From positions 16,173 through 80,172 of the forward strand of contig JBFLZS010000006.1 of assembly GCA_040756135.1 (NCBI GenBank): a stretch of DNA of 64,000 nucleotides. Reading direction: 5' to 3'. The DNA comes from Nitrospirota bacterium. Lineage in GTDB: Bacteria > Nitrospirota > Thermodesulfovibrionia > Thermodesulfovibrionales > SM23-35. Below, piece by piece: positions 49,066 to 58,852 of this stretch. The position numbers were made by a program, and so were the translations under genes. Within the stretch, counting starts at the first letter, position 1. Every line of letters starts with the position of its first letter. Under the pieces are notes generated by a model that did not search any database, was not told where the DNA came from, and saw only the letters and a list, made by a program, of their open reading frames with translations.

Positions 49066-49119
49066 GTTTTTTTAAAATAATTGAAGTCAAATAATTCCCA
49101 TGAAATAGACATTAACCTG

Positions 49120-49228
49120 AAAATCTCCCCTAACCCCTCTTTGCCAAAGAGGGGTTTACACACCCCTACACCCCTCTCAAGAGGGGATTATTCCTCCCTT
49201 TAGCAAAGGGAGGTTAGGAGGGATTTTA
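49120..49228. repeat. Triple-hairpin CCCCT composite
   Basis: Near reverse complement of 61992-62100. Confidence 0.8.
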
Positions 49229-49285
49229 TAAATATATGTAGTCATTATTATAAGACTGTTAATAAAAAGAGAAGTAATAGGAGAA

Positions 49286-49457
49286 AATGCCTATTGACTC
49301 TATTCACCTGATTATCTTTAAACTTATATTTCATCTCGTTCGGCAATTAGTCGCATTTCTTTCTTCTGTCATTGCGGCTTGTCCGCAATCCTTCTTTAAA
49401 GAAAGATTCCCGACAAGCGGGAATGACAAACAGTAGTGAGCAGAGTCAACAAGCATT
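49286..49457. mobile_element. Shell element with GTCATT cargo
   Basis: IR AATGCCTATTGACTCTATTCAC / GTGAGCAGAGTCAACAAGCATT enclosing TGTCATTGCGG..GGGAATGACA. Confidence 0.7.
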
Positions 49458-49520
49458 AGGAAAATTATAAAATGATGGGGCAAATATTACCGATTGGGAA
49501 ATTTTTTCCAATCAGATGAC

Positions 49521-49886
49521 TCAATTAGCATGCCTTGATCTTGATATCGTCCTGAGATTCTGTATAAGTTCAACCTCACCAACAGGAATATCAAGTATAT
49601 CTGCTATCTCATGACTTTTCATTCCCTTTTTACTGAGTGATACTATCTCATCATGTCTGCTAATACTCTGTGAGGTGATATTGAGTGCCCCTGCTCTCTC
49701 AATAAGGGTTTCGAGTGTCTTTATCTTCTCATCAACTGAAGCCTCTATGGATTCTAAGACCTCAATCTTCCTGTTCAAACGTTTGAATATGATATCCGCA
49801 ATCTCTTTGACTTCAGCAAGTTCGAGTGCAAGGAGATATTTGTCTTTGCACTTATTTTTTTTGAAGATGTTATACTTTAATGTCAA
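49521..49886 (-). CDS. Flagellar-cluster coiled-coil/HTH protein (DUF2802/DUF6115-like)
   Basis: C-terminal G...EIA..L.IP.GEVELI motif; start uncertain. Confidence 0.7.
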   Translation of the reverse strand: MTLKYNIFKKNKCKDKYLLALELAEVKEIADIIFKRLNRKIEVLESIEASVDEKIKTLETLIERAGALNITSQSISRHDEIVSLSKKGMKSHEIADILDIPVGEVELIQNLRTISRSRHAN

Positions 49887-50013
49887 TCTTTCTTTCTCCT
49901 TTTTCAGATTCTTTTTTCTGTTTTTTCTGCTTTTTCTTTGAAGGCAAGCCAGTATTTTCCCCTCTTCTTATAAGCGGTGTTTCGTATATCCTGTTAGTAG
50001 GTTCTACAGGCAT
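49870..50013 (-). CDS. 47-aa small protein ending IDIKV
   Basis: SD AGAGGGGG then ATG; MPVEPTNRIYETPLIRRGENTGLPSKKKQKKQKKESEKGERKIDIKV; below the ORF-track cutoff. Confidence 0.65.
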   Translation of the reverse strand: MPVEPTNRIYETPLIRRGENTGLPSKKKQKKQKKESEKGERKIDIKV

Positions 50014-50048
50014 ATCCCCCTCTTACAAATAATTGTATCATCAAAACT

Positions 50049-50134
50049 AACCACAGAGAACATAAAGAATTTCACCACAGAGCACACAGAGAAAAAGATT
50101 TTTAAATTTAAAAAACTCTGTGTTCTCTGTGGTT
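50049..50134. repeat. ACCACAGAG-type inverted repeat
   Basis: AACCACAGAGAAC..ACCACAGAGCACACAGAG ... CTCTGTGTTCTCTGTGGTT. Confidence 0.7.
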
Positions 50135-50591
50135 GGTTTTGATAAGTGGTGAAATTCTTTCATAGGTATTTTTAAACAGAGTAATAATTTTGACACTTTT
50201 CAGACTCATTATCGCTATAGCCTGTGTAATAGTGTCAATATTTTGACGAACTCTATATAATGCTGAACTTACAGCCTTTAATACAAACATATTAAGTAAA
50301 GTGTCATGCTGAACCCTGAAAGTGTCATTCTGCGTTTGTATTAGTATTCCCGTTATACAGATGCTTTGAATAAGTTTCTTCATTCCAGAACCACCAATAA
50401 TCAAAAAAGCAAGGATTATGCCTATGGTTTATATTTTATATTAAACTTCACTGCTGTCCAAAATAACCTATAAAGTTCATCCATTAGATATTAACATCTC
50501 GATTTTAATAATTTTTGTACAGATCCATCACAATTTTTTGAATTCAGGTTGCCTCTTTTTACCAATGTTGTCAAGAATGACTACTTCTTTC

Positions 50592-50675
50592 GTCATTCCA
50601 GCGAAAGCTGGAATCCATGCGCATAACAATTAGAAAATGCAGAAAATACTGGATTCCTGCCTCCGCAGGAATGAC
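50592..50675. repeat. GTCATTCC double hairpin, within a looser TGCTGTCCAAAA shell (50453-50755)
   Basis: GTCATTCCAGCGAAAGCTGGAATCC ... GGATTCCTGCCTCCGCAGGAATGACA; the right arm is identical to that near 25070-25095. Confidence 0.75.
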
Positions 50676-50766
50676 ACCTTAAAAGTCAAATTTTATTTTT
50701 TATTCCTTTTCTATTTTCTATATGCTGTCCAAGAAATCTTATTTTTGGACAAGCATGATTACAATT

Positions 50767-50782
50767 TGGCATTTAATTTGCT
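50767..50782 (+). promoter_or_regulatory. Sigma54-like promoter of the PAS-GGDEF gene
   Basis: TGGCATTTAATTTGCT. Confidence 0.6.
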
Positions 50783-50862
50783 TGTTTTTGTCACATGAAT
50801 ACATAGGATTAAGGATTAAGAATTAAGACAACAGAACGATTTTCTGAGGAGGGAAAAAGGTA

Positions 50863-51846
50863 TTGCATACTAAGGCAATAGCAGTTAAAAGGAAAGAAAT
50901 CGAATGCAAACCAGCAAAGAAATCTTTCAAAGATATTGAAGAAAGGTTTAGAGCACTTCATAATTGTATCTCTTACTGTATCTATGTTCATAATTTTGAA
51001 GGGAAGTTACTTGATGTTAACAATGCCACGTTAAATCTGCTTGGATATTCAGAGAAGGAAATCTTTTTTCTTTCTGTCAACTCTCTTTTTGCTGAAGAAC
51101 AGTTACCTGTTGTCAATGAACTCATTGAACAGATTAAACAGAATGATTTTCAAAAATATCCTGTCGAGTATGCATTAAGAAAGAAGAATGGTGATAATGT
51201 ATGGGTAGAAGCAGAGGCTTCCCTCATTTCCCATGAAAGCAAGCCGTATGCGATTCAGTGGATAGCGAGGGATATCACCTCCGGGAAAAAAAAGATGGAA
51301 GAACTCCATGCCCTTTCGCTTATTGATGATCTTTCAGGTTTGTATAACAGGCGAGGATTCCTGACATTGGCAGAGCAGCAATTGAAACTCTCTTATCGGA
51401 CAAGAAAAGAATTATTGCTGTTTTTTGTAGATGTGGATAATTTGAAGTGGATAAATGATACATTTGGTCATCATGAAGGTGATAAGGCGTTAATTGATAC
51501 TGCAAATATTCTTAAACAGACCTTCCGCGATTCAGATATAATCGCACGCATCGGTGGAGATGAATTTGTGGTTTTAACAATAGATAGCTCCAGGGCCAAT
51601 TCCGGGGTTCTCATAACACGTCTACAGAAAAATCTAAAGGGGTGTTCAGCAAAAAATAGTCGCAGCTATCAGCTTTCAGTGAGTATTGGTATAGCATTCT
51701 ATAACCCGGAATCCATCTGTTCAGTCTCTGATTTACTGGCTTCTGCAGATAAAATGATGTACAAACAGAAGCGGGATCGTTATCACGTTTTTGAATCCCG
51801 GGATCAAACAGATCCTAACCTTTTGCCAAAAGCTGTTGCTGTATAG
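50863..51846 (+). CDS. PAS-GGDEF diguanylate cyclase
   Basis: PAS ending RDIT; D.LSGLYNRR, IND.FGH..GD, RDSD I-site, RIGGDEF. Confidence 0.93.
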   Translation: MHTKAIAVKRKEIECKPAKKSFKDIEERFRALHNCISYCIYVHNFEGKLLDVNNATLNLLGYSEKEIFFLSVNSLFAEEQLPVVNELIEQIKQNDFQKYPVEYALRKKNGDNVWVEAEASLISHESKPYAIQWIARDITSGKKKMEELHALSLIDDLSGLYNRRGFLTLAEQQLKLSYRTRKELLLFFVDVDNLKWINDTFGHHEGDKALIDTANILKQTFRDSDIIARIGGDEFVVLTIDSSRANSGVLITRLQKNLKGCSAKNSRSYQLSVSIGIAFYNPESICSVSDLLASADKMMYKQKRDRYHVFESRDQTDPNLLPKAVAV

Positions 51847-51919
51847 ACCTCCAGAGAAATAGTTTAGAAAAATATATCAGTAATTGATAAAATATTGCTA
51901 AACCTGGGTAGGGAGAGGA

Positions 51920-53881
51920 ATGAGCAGGAGTATTTCAAGAGAAATACTTGAACGAAAACAGATAGAAAGAGCACTCCGGGAATCCGAGGAAAAATACCGG
52001 AACCTTATCAACAATATCCCCTTGGGGGTTTTTAAGGCTACTGCTGATGGCGATATTTTATATATAAATGAAGCCTTAGCAAGATTACTTGAATACGAAT
52101 CACCTGAAGAATTACTGACGGAAGATATCACTTCACGATACAAAAACCCGCAGGACAGAGAGGCTTTCATTAAACATCTGAGGGAAAATAATCATGTCAA
52201 AGATATGGAATTTGAATTCCTTTCAAAGACAGGGAAAACCAAAAATGTGCTTCTCGGTGCAACAATCCACAATACTATCATAACCGCGACGGTAATGGAC
52301 ATCAGCGAACGCAAGAGGTCTGAGGAAGCGCTGCGAAAGAGCGAGGAGCGGTACAGGAGTATGGTGAATGCAGTAACATCCTATACCTATTCAGTAGATG
52401 TTAGAGAGGGGCGTGCAATCTCTACATACCATAGTATCGGCTGTTTTCCGATCACAGGTTACTATCCTGATGACTATGAAGCCGAGCCGTATCTCTGGCA
52501 TTCTATGATTTACCCTGATGATAGAATAAAGGTCGAAGAATCAATCAAAAAGGTTCTGTCAGGTCATAAAGTTGATCCTCTTGAGCATCGTATAATCCAT
52601 CGTGATGGCAGAGTGGTATGGGTTCGTAACACCATAGTGCCTCACTGCAATGAAGAAGGGCAGCTAGTACAATATGATGGTCTCATCGAGGATATTACCG
52701 AGCGGAAAAAACTGGAGACGCAGCTCATACAAGCACAGAAGATGGAGGCTGTCGGAACCCTCGCAGGGGGCATCGCCCATGACTTCAACAATATCCTCAC
52801 CGCAATCATAAGTTATCTCAACATCCTGCTTATGAAGATGGGGGAAGATGATCCTCTGAGGACTTATGTGAATAAGACAATTGATTCTTCTGAAAAGGCC
52901 ACAGCTCTTATTCACAGCCTCCTTGCTTTCAGCAGAAAGCAGGTCATAAACCCAAAACCCATGAATGTAAACAATATTATCCAGAAGGTAAAAAACCTCC
53001 TTATGCGGCTCATTGGCGAGGATATCGAACTGAAGACTTACCTTGCCGATAGGGATTTAGTGGTCATGGCAGATGCAGATCAATTAGAGCAGGTATTGAT
53101 GAACCTTGCCACCAACGCAAGGGATGCGATGCCTGACGGAGGCACTATGACCATAGGAACAGACATTAAAGAGATAGGAGATGAATTCATAAAGGTTCAC
53201 GGGTACGGAGAGGCAGGCGAATATGCCGCGATGACAGTTTCAGACACAGGTATAGGCATGGACGAAGAGACGAGAAAGAGGATCTTTGATCCGTTCTTTA
53301 CAACTAAAGACGTGGGAAAGGGTACCGGCCTCGGGCTTGCAATGGTATACGGAATCATCAAGCAGCATAATGGCTATATCACCTGTTATAGCGAGCCCCG
53401 GAAAGGCTCGACTTTCAATATATATCTGCCTTTGATCAGGGCAAAGGTTGAAAAGACAAGGTCAAAAGCCGTTTCTGCCCTCGGAACAGGCACAGAGACA
53501 ATCCTTCTGGTGGAGGATGATGCCGAGGTGAGGATGGCCGCAAAGGAGATTCTTACAGAGTCGGGTTATAAGGTAATAGAAGCAGTGGATGGAGAGGAAG
53601 CGATACAGAAATTCAATAAGAAAGGTAACAGAGAGGAGATTCAACTTCTTATACTTGATGTAGTCATGCCCAAGAAGAACGGGAAAGAGGTCTACGAAGC
53701 GATAAAAAAGATTAGATCCGATGTTAAGGTTGTTTTCATCAGTGGCTATCCTGCGGAAATTATCCATAAAAAAGGGGTCATGGAAAACGGGTTAGATTTT
53801 GTCATGAAACCCTTTTCGCCTCATGATCTCCTTAAAAAGGTGAGGGGGGTGCTGGATAAAAAGGATATGAATTTTTCATGA
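51920..53881 (+). CDS. PAS-PAS hybrid histidine kinase-REC (CckA-like)
   Basis: AHDFNN, NARDAM, DTGIGM, GTGLGL; REC ILLVEDD..LDVVMP. Confidence 0.94.
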   Translation: MSRSISREILERKQIERALRESEEKYRNLINNIPLGVFKATADGDILYINEALARLLEYESPEELLTEDITSRYKNPQDREAFIKHLRENNHVKDMEFEFLSKTGKTKNVLLGATIHNTIITATVMDISERKRSEEALRKSEERYRSMVNAVTSYTYSVDVREGRAISTYHSIGCFPITGYYPDDYEAEPYLWHSMIYPDDRIKVEESIKKVLSGHKVDPLEHRIIHRDGRVVWVRNTIVPHCNEEGQLVQYDGLIEDITERKKLETQLIQAQKMEAVGTLAGGIAHDFNNILTAIISYLNILLMKMGEDDPLRTYVNKTIDSSEKATALIHSLLAFSRKQVINPKPMNVNNIIQKVKNLLMRLIGEDIELKTYLADRDLVVMADADQLEQVLMNLATNARDAMPDGGTMTIGTDIKEIGDEFIKVHGYGEAGEYAAMTVSDTGIGMDEETRKRIFDPFFTTKDVGKGTGLGLAMVYGIIKQHNGYITCYSEPRKGSTFNIYLPLIRAKVEKTRSKAVSALGTGTETILLVEDDAEVRMAAKEILTESGYKVIEAVDGEEAIQKFNKKGNREEIQLLILDVVMPKKNGKEVYEAIKKIRSDVKVVFISGYPAEIIHKKGVMENGLDFVMKPFSPHDLLKKVRGVLDKKDMNFS

Positions 53882-54700
53882 AAAGAAACTTTCTATTTCA
53901 TGTTGTGCTGCGCACAACCTTTCGCCAAAGAATAATATATCATCATCCGTAAGTGAAAATTCAATAAGAAGTATATCATGCTCCTCCGTCCATATCCCAT
54001 CATTTTCTGCTCCTGGGGAAAACCTGCTGGACAAGGCCTCTGCAAGAGACACAATCGAAACAGAATCTTTATATTCAATTGCCAGTGAAGGCTTGTGGTG
54101 GAATTTTATTACCGAGATGATTTCAGATGGAAGATTACTTTCTAACGCAAACCATGCGCCTGCATCTGCATGAGTACAGCCGAAGATCTCTTTTTCCCTT
54201 TCAAGCATTTCATCTCTATTTTTAATCTCAAGAAATCTTTTGCGATCCATCCTGTAAAAGATAATCCTTCCGATATCGTGGAGCAAACCTGATAGAAAGC
54301 ACTCCCTCGGACATGTCATGCATATTCTTTCTGAAATGACTTCAGAAAGAAGTGCAACCTCATACCCATGGCTCCAGAGCCTCTTAATATTAAATGAACC
54401 ATAACCAGGGAATATGTATATAATGGTCAACCCGATGGCTATGGATTTTATTCTCTCATAGCCGAGAAATATTATGGCCTGTCTTATGTCTTTTATATCT
54501 CCTGAATGTCCAAAAAGGGTGGAGTTCGCAACCCTTACAACCCTTTCTGCCAGTGCCTGGTCATGGGAGATCAATCTGTAAAGTTCCCGAGTTGATGTAT
54601 CCTCATCCTTGAGGACGGAAAATATCTTTCCCATCAAGGCTGGAATAGTTGGCAGCGAATAAAGACCTTTTATAAATTCTTTTACATCAACGGAGCCCAT
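53876..54700 (-). CDS. HDOD-domain protein
   Basis: LPTIP, DQALAERVVRVANS, LHDIG, HHKP. Confidence 0.92.
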   Translation of the reverse strand: MGSVDVKEFIKGLYSLPTIPALMGKIFSVLKDEDTSTRELYRLISHDQALAERVVRVANSTLFGHSGDIKDIRQAIIFLGYERIKSIAIGLTIIYIFPGYGSFNIKRLWSHGYEVALLSEVISERICMTCPRECFLSGLLHDIGRIIFYRMDRKRFLEIKNRDEMLEREKEIFGCTHADAGAWFALESNLPSEIISVIKFHHKPSLAIEYKDSVSIVSLAEALSSRFSPGAENDGIWTEEHDILLIEFSLTDDDILFFGERLCAAQHEIESFFS

Positions 54701-54701
54701 C

Positions 54702-54878
54702 TCATCCTTGAATGGTCCCGCTGTTTTTGGGAGCTAAGTCATGGCAATAACATTGAGAAGAGAGTGCCTCATACCCAAAAAATTCATCATCATAGATTGA
54801 GGGCTCTTCCTTCTTTTTATGACTTAATCCCCACAGAAGATCTACCACATAGACAGCTATATGCAGTACCCACCTCAT
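54702..54878 (-). CDS. Putative 58-aa small protein upstream of HDOD
   Basis: MRWVLHIAVYVVDLLWGLSHKKKEEPSIYDDEFFGYEALSSQCYCHDLAPKNSGTIQG; stop 1 nt before the HDOD ATG; starts at the predicted sigma28 TSS. Confidence 0.5.
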   Translation of the reverse strand: MRWVLHIAVYVVDLLWGLSHKKKEEPSIYDDEFFGYEALSSQCYCHDLAPKNSGTIQG

Positions 54879-54884
54879 ATTTTT

Positions 54885-54912
54885 TTATCGGAATATATTT
54901 CGAGAAACTTTA
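54885..54912 (-). promoter_or_regulatory. Sigma28 promoter
   Basis: TAAAGTTT...TCCGATAA (TAAA-N16-TCCGATAA). Confidence 0.75.
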
Positions 54913-54932
54913 AGAAAAAAAGCAATTCAAAA

Positions 54933-57032
54933 TTAACTCTGCCCGTTAATTTCGCTCCAGAGGATGCTGCGATTTCTTCCTGTTCTCTTTGCGTGATACA
55001 ATGCCTTATCAGCCCTTTCAATAAGTTCCTCTTTTCTTTTACCATCATCAGGGCATGTAGATATCCCGATGCTGACAGTAACCCTAAAGGTTTTATTTTC
55101 AGCAGAAAACGTTTTATCCATCACGGCCTTTCTTAACCTCTCCGCCATATTCAACGCACCGCGTGCTCCTGTGTTCAAAAGGATTACCGCAAACTCTTCA
55201 CCACCATACCTGGCAGAGATATCAATATTTCTTATGGTTTTTTTGATCACATCTGCAACAGCCTTAAGCACCGAGTCCCCTACCGGATGACCATAGGTGT
55301 CATTTATATCTTTAAAGTTGTCTATATCTAAAATAAGTATTGACAGGGGCTCAGAGAACCTCTCAAGGCGACTGAATTCCTGTGATAGTCTTTCCTGGAA
55401 GTGTCTGTGGTTGAAGATGCCTGTAAGCCCGTCTGTTATGGCCAGCCTTTCTATCTCCGCATGAAATCTTGCATTTGCAATGGATGTTGACGCCTGATTA
55501 CCTAAGACCTCGAGAAGCTCGATCTGGTAAGGGTTTAATGCATTCGTTTTCTCTGAAAGGAATGTAAGTATGCCTAAGAGATCCTTCTCATAAAGCAGTG
55601 GCAGTGCAAAGACAGAGCCTATATTATCTGTTTTGAAAGGCATGATTGGAGCACGATAATCTCTAACATCGGAAAGATAGAAAGGCTCCTTATTTTTCAC
55701 TACTATATCGAGTAAAGTGCCCTTAAGATTAAAAACCTTCTTCTCACGAGGTGGCAGTCCTATCTGATGTAATATCTCGAATTCCTTCCCTTTTGCCATA
55801 AAGAAGATAATCTCTGAGGCTACAATCCTATATGCACCTTCTATCAAGCTTTGTACTATAACATCCACATCGAGTGATGTGAGCAGTTTTGAACTCTCTT
55901 CATTCAAAACCTTCAAAGTGGTATAAGAACGATATATCTGTGGATAGACACGTTCTCTACGGAGTATCCTCATAATCTGTTTTGAGAACATCTGAAGTGT
56001 ATCGCTATCAGCAGTGGTGAATGCATGAAACCTCGCACTGTCAGCAACCACAACGCCGAGCGGGAAGTTACCATCCATCACAGGCACTGCAACTAAAGAA
56101 GAAAACTTGTCTTTCTTTAGATAGCCAACGTCAATTTTTTTTCTACCTATATCGGATAAAATAAGAGGTTTTTTATCTTTAATGCAGAAATATATAAGAC
56201 CCTCATCCGAAGGTATGATGCCGTCTGATTCCTCTGTGGAACATCTCAATCTCAGGCTACCACCTGAACTCACGAAGAGATTTACAGAATCAGCGAATAT
56301 AATATTTTTTGCAACCATGAGGAGTTCTTTAATCTCCTCATCTGGTCTAAACATAGATCCAAGATAATGAGATATACCCTTTTCATCACTAAAAGACTTT
56401 ATCTCATCTAATCCCGCCGTCCCTTCTTTAAAATCCCCCTTTAGTCCTCCTTTAATAAATAATCCCACCTCACCCCCCTTTAGTAAAGGGGGGATGGGGG
56501 GATTATCTCTTTGCAAAAAAGGGGTAGGGGATTTGTTTGTTTTTTTCATCTTGTCTTTAAGGAACAAAGATAGGATTGCAGTTGAGGCAAGAAATACAAT
56601 AAATGTTATTTCTTCAATGAGTTTTTCTCCATTCATAAAATTACTCAGCTCAAGAAAAGGGATTAATAGCAATAGAGAGACTATGGTTTTTAGTCCATAG
56701 AATGCTGTTAGATATAAAATAAACGGGAAATAGACCATTCTGAGCCAGGGTATGGCAAATGCCTGTGCTGAACCTGCAATGAGCATCAGGAGAGAGAAGA
56801 GGAATTCAATAGAATAGTTCTTATCTTTTCTTAATATATAGAGGATGACATAGAGAAAAATTGTAGAAGAACTGAAGAGGAACCAGAGGCCCCTTCTCTT
56901 TAAAGGAAATTCCAAGAGCAGTCCAAGATAGGTGAGAAAGAGAAGTAAAAAAGGGATGCCCCTTTTTAACCAGAGGCCCTGCCTCTTTTTACCTCCTCTT
57001 CCTTGAAGAATTTCCTGTACAGGATTTCCCAC
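54933..57032 (-). CDS. Membrane-bound GAF-GAF-GGDEF diguanylate cyclase
   Basis: N-terminal TM helices, two GAF domains, TDGLTG..N, RYGGEEF; start uncertain. Confidence 0.9.
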   Translation of the reverse strand: MGNPVQEILQGRGGKKRQGLWLKRGIPFLLLFLTYLGLLLEFPLKRRGLWFLFSSSTIFLYVILYILRKDKNYSIEFLFSLLMLIAGSAQAFAIPWLRMVYFPFILYLTAFYGLKTIVSLLLLIPFLELSNFMNGEKLIEEITFIVFLASTAILSLFLKDKMKKTNKSPTPFLQRDNPPIPPLLKGGEVGLFIKGGLKGDFKEGTAGLDEIKSFSDEKGISHYLGSMFRPDEEIKELLMVAKNIIFADSVNLFVSSGGSLRLRCSTEESDGIIPSDEGLIYFCIKDKKPLILSDIGRKKIDVGYLKKDKFSSLVAVPVMDGNFPLGVVVADSARFHAFTTADSDTLQMFSKQIMRILRRERVYPQIYRSYTTLKVLNEESSKLLTSLDVDVIVQSLIEGAYRIVASEIIFFMAKGKEFEILHQIGLPPREKKVFNLKGTLLDIVVKNKEPFYLSDVRDYRAPIMPFKTDNIGSVFALPLLYEKDLLGILTFLSEKTNALNPYQIELLEVLGNQASTSIANARFHAEIERLAITDGLTGIFNHRHFQERLSQEFSRLERFSEPLSILILDIDNFKDINDTYGHPVGDSVLKAVADVIKKTIRNIDISARYGGEEFAVILLNTGARGALNMAERLRKAVMDKTFSAENKTFRVTVSIGISTCPDDGKRKEELIERADKALYHAKRTGRNRSILWSEINGQS
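56430..56535. repeat. Nested CCCCT palindromes in frame in the DGC linker
   Basis: Encodes KSPTPFLQRDNPPIPPLLKGGEVGLFIKGGLKGDF. Confidence 0.75.
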
Positions 57033-57250
57033 TCAGTACTTCCCTCGGCTATCTTTCTTGAAAATGACTGAAGTTTCCTCCTGACAACTGAATCGATCAC
57101 TTCACCTACCTTCAGTTCCGATATAATGGTTCTTTTAATCTCAGCCCTTACCTTGCCTTCTTCCTCGATTAATTCAACAAGTCTCTTCTCTATGAGCCCT
57201 TTGAGGAGCATATGGCTCAGGTGTACGATCTTCTCATCAGAGAGCATCAT
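56966..57250 (-). CDS. DUF507 family protein
   Basis: LS.EKI.HLSH, ID..VR.K..S..RKI.EGS.EW.ILY. Confidence 0.85.
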   Translation of the reverse strand: MMLSDEKIVHLSHMLLKGLIEKRLVELIEEEGKVRAEIKRTIISELKVGEVIDSVVRRKLQSFSRKIAEGSTEWEILYRKFFKEEEVKRGRASG

Positions 57251-57528
57251 AAAACGAGGTTTCTTTCCTTTACCAATTTATGCTTTGTGAGTTCAAAAAG
57301 CTTCCTGTAGTCTAAGTGGCCTTGCTCTATTTCAGAGGAATGTCTTTTTAACAATTCTCTGACCTCTTCATTCAGCCTGTCCTCTAAGGTAAGTTCATAC
57401 AGGATGAGATCTTCTATCTCTAACAGGAGCTTTTTGATAGGTATGGTCGGCTTAACGAGTTCTTTTGATATGATATTGTCTGCTATCTTTTTTGCTAAGA
57501 GAGGAACCCATGACTTCGGGATCCTCAT
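57247..57528 (-). CDS. DUF507 family protein
   Basis: EDRLNEEVRELL, DYRKLF..K.KLVKER. Confidence 0.85.
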   Translation of the reverse strand: MRIPKSWVPLLAKKIADNIISKELVKPTIPIKKLLLEIEDLILYELTLEDRLNEEVRELLKRHSSEIEQGHLDYRKLFELTKHKLVKERNLVL

Positions 57529-57529
57529 C

Positions 57530-57754
57530 CTATTTTTCCGCAAAGGCAAGCAATGCTATATTCCTTGCCCGCTTTATAGACTCGGTCAGTTCTCTCTGAT
57601 GTCTTGCACAGGTACCTGTCATCCTTCCGGGAAGTATCTTTCCCCGCTCAGTAAGATAGCTCTTGAGGACCTTGATATTTTTATAATCTATGTACTCTAT
57701 CTTTTCAGAACAGAACCTGCAAAACTTTCTTCTCTGAAATCTCTTCTGTTGCAA
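57530..57754 (-). CDS. rpsR: 30S ribosomal protein S18 (Zn-binding form)
   Basis: [31 protein letters not shown]. Confidence 0.98.
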   Translation of the reverse strand: MQQKRFQRRKFCRFCSEKIEYIDYKNIKVLKSYLTERGKILPGRMTGTCARHQRELTESIKRARNIALLAFAEK

Positions 57755-57775
57755 GTTAACTCCCTTCTCTCAAAT

Positions 57776-57887
57776 TTTTACCTAAAAATACTCAAATCCC
57801 CCCTAACCCCCCTTTTCTAAAGGGGGGTTAGGGGGGATTACAAATTTTCATCGTCCTTTGTGTCTCTTTGAGACATGAATGTTTCAT
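57776..57887. mobile_element. CCCCT-type composite element between ssb and rpsR
   Basis: Near-identical to 39384-39494. Confidence 0.8.
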
Positions 57888-57890
57888 TTT

Positions 57891-58298
57891 TCAAAACGGC
57901 TCTAAATCTGTAGTTTCCTCAGGTGGAACAATATCGCCTTCCCCCATTGAGGTGTCCACATCAGCGGATTGGCTAACTCCCCTCCTTGAAAGGAACCTTA
58001 CAGATTGCGCAATGACCTCAAACTTACTCCTTTGCTGTCCATTAGATTCCCATCTTCTTTCCTGGAGTCTGCCCTCAACAAGCACTGAACTTCCTTTGTT
58101 AAGATATTTACTGCATGATTCTGCCTGTTTCCCGAAAACCACATTATCTATAAACATTGTCTCCTGCTTCATCTCATCAGACTGTTTATACCTGTAGTTT
58201 ACCGCAAGCCTGAAAGAGGCCACAGGCGTACCTTGTGGGGTATACCTCAGTTCGGGATCTTTTGTAAGGTTGCCTATGAGTATTATTTTGTTGTACAT
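57891..58298 (-). CDS. ssb: Single-stranded DNA-binding protein
   Basis: NK..LIGNLTKDPELRYT, KGS.V.VEGRL, acidic tail ending PF. Confidence 0.97.
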   Translation of the reverse strand: MYNKIILIGNLTKDPELRYTPQGTPVASFRLAVNYRYKQSDEMKQETMFIDNVVFGKQAESCSKYLNKGSSVLVEGRLQERRWESNGQQRSKFEVIAQSVRFLSRRGVSQSADVDTSMGEGDIVPPEETTDLEPF

Positions 58299-58652
58299 CT
58301 AAACTTCGCTCTTCTGCTCCGCAGGCTCTGAAACAGCCTCAAACTTTTCAAGATCATGTACCTGTTTAGTGCTGAGCTTTAGGATTATATATTTTAGTAC
58401 AGCGTCAAAGACTTTGTAGAATCCCTCTATCTTTTTGATACTCGCAGGTGGTATCTTATAATATAAAAGCACATATAAACCCTTTTTCTGTTTATTAATC
58501 TCGTAAGCAAGCTTTTTCCTTCCCCAGATGTTTACCTTAAGTACCTCTCCCCCTTGACCTGCAATAAGTTCTTTAATCTTTGTAATGGCTGCTTCAGCTT
58601 CTTCATCACTAAGTGTCGCATTTAGAATAACGATATTTTCATATACATTCAT
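58299..58652 (-). CDS. rpsF: 30S ribosomal protein S6
   Basis: YE..VI, WGRKKLAYEINK..G.Y. Confidence 0.97.
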   Translation of the reverse strand: MNVYENIVILNATLSDEEAEAAITKIKELIAGQGGEVLKVNIWGRKKLAYEINKQKKGLYVLLYYKIPPASIKKIEGFYKVFDAVLKYIILKLSTKQVHDLEKFEAVSEPAEQKSEV

Positions 58653-58852
58653 TCAACATATCTCCTCGGAACGTTGATTAATAAATCTACGTTCCTTGTT
58701 GTTATTTTCAGCCCTTTCTAAGGAAAAGAAACTTTGTTTTTATAACATACCATACAAAATAAAATCAACTCATTTGCAAAGTAATATTCAACATTTTTTG
58801 CTTTTTTATCAACATCTTTGCATTTCCAAAAAAACTCTTGAACCTATGGTAT

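Noticed and set aside
50108-50404. 98-aa minus-strand ORF
   Set aside because: No recognisable motif or SD, TTG start, and its end is repeat-encoded (NHREHRV); cannot be supported
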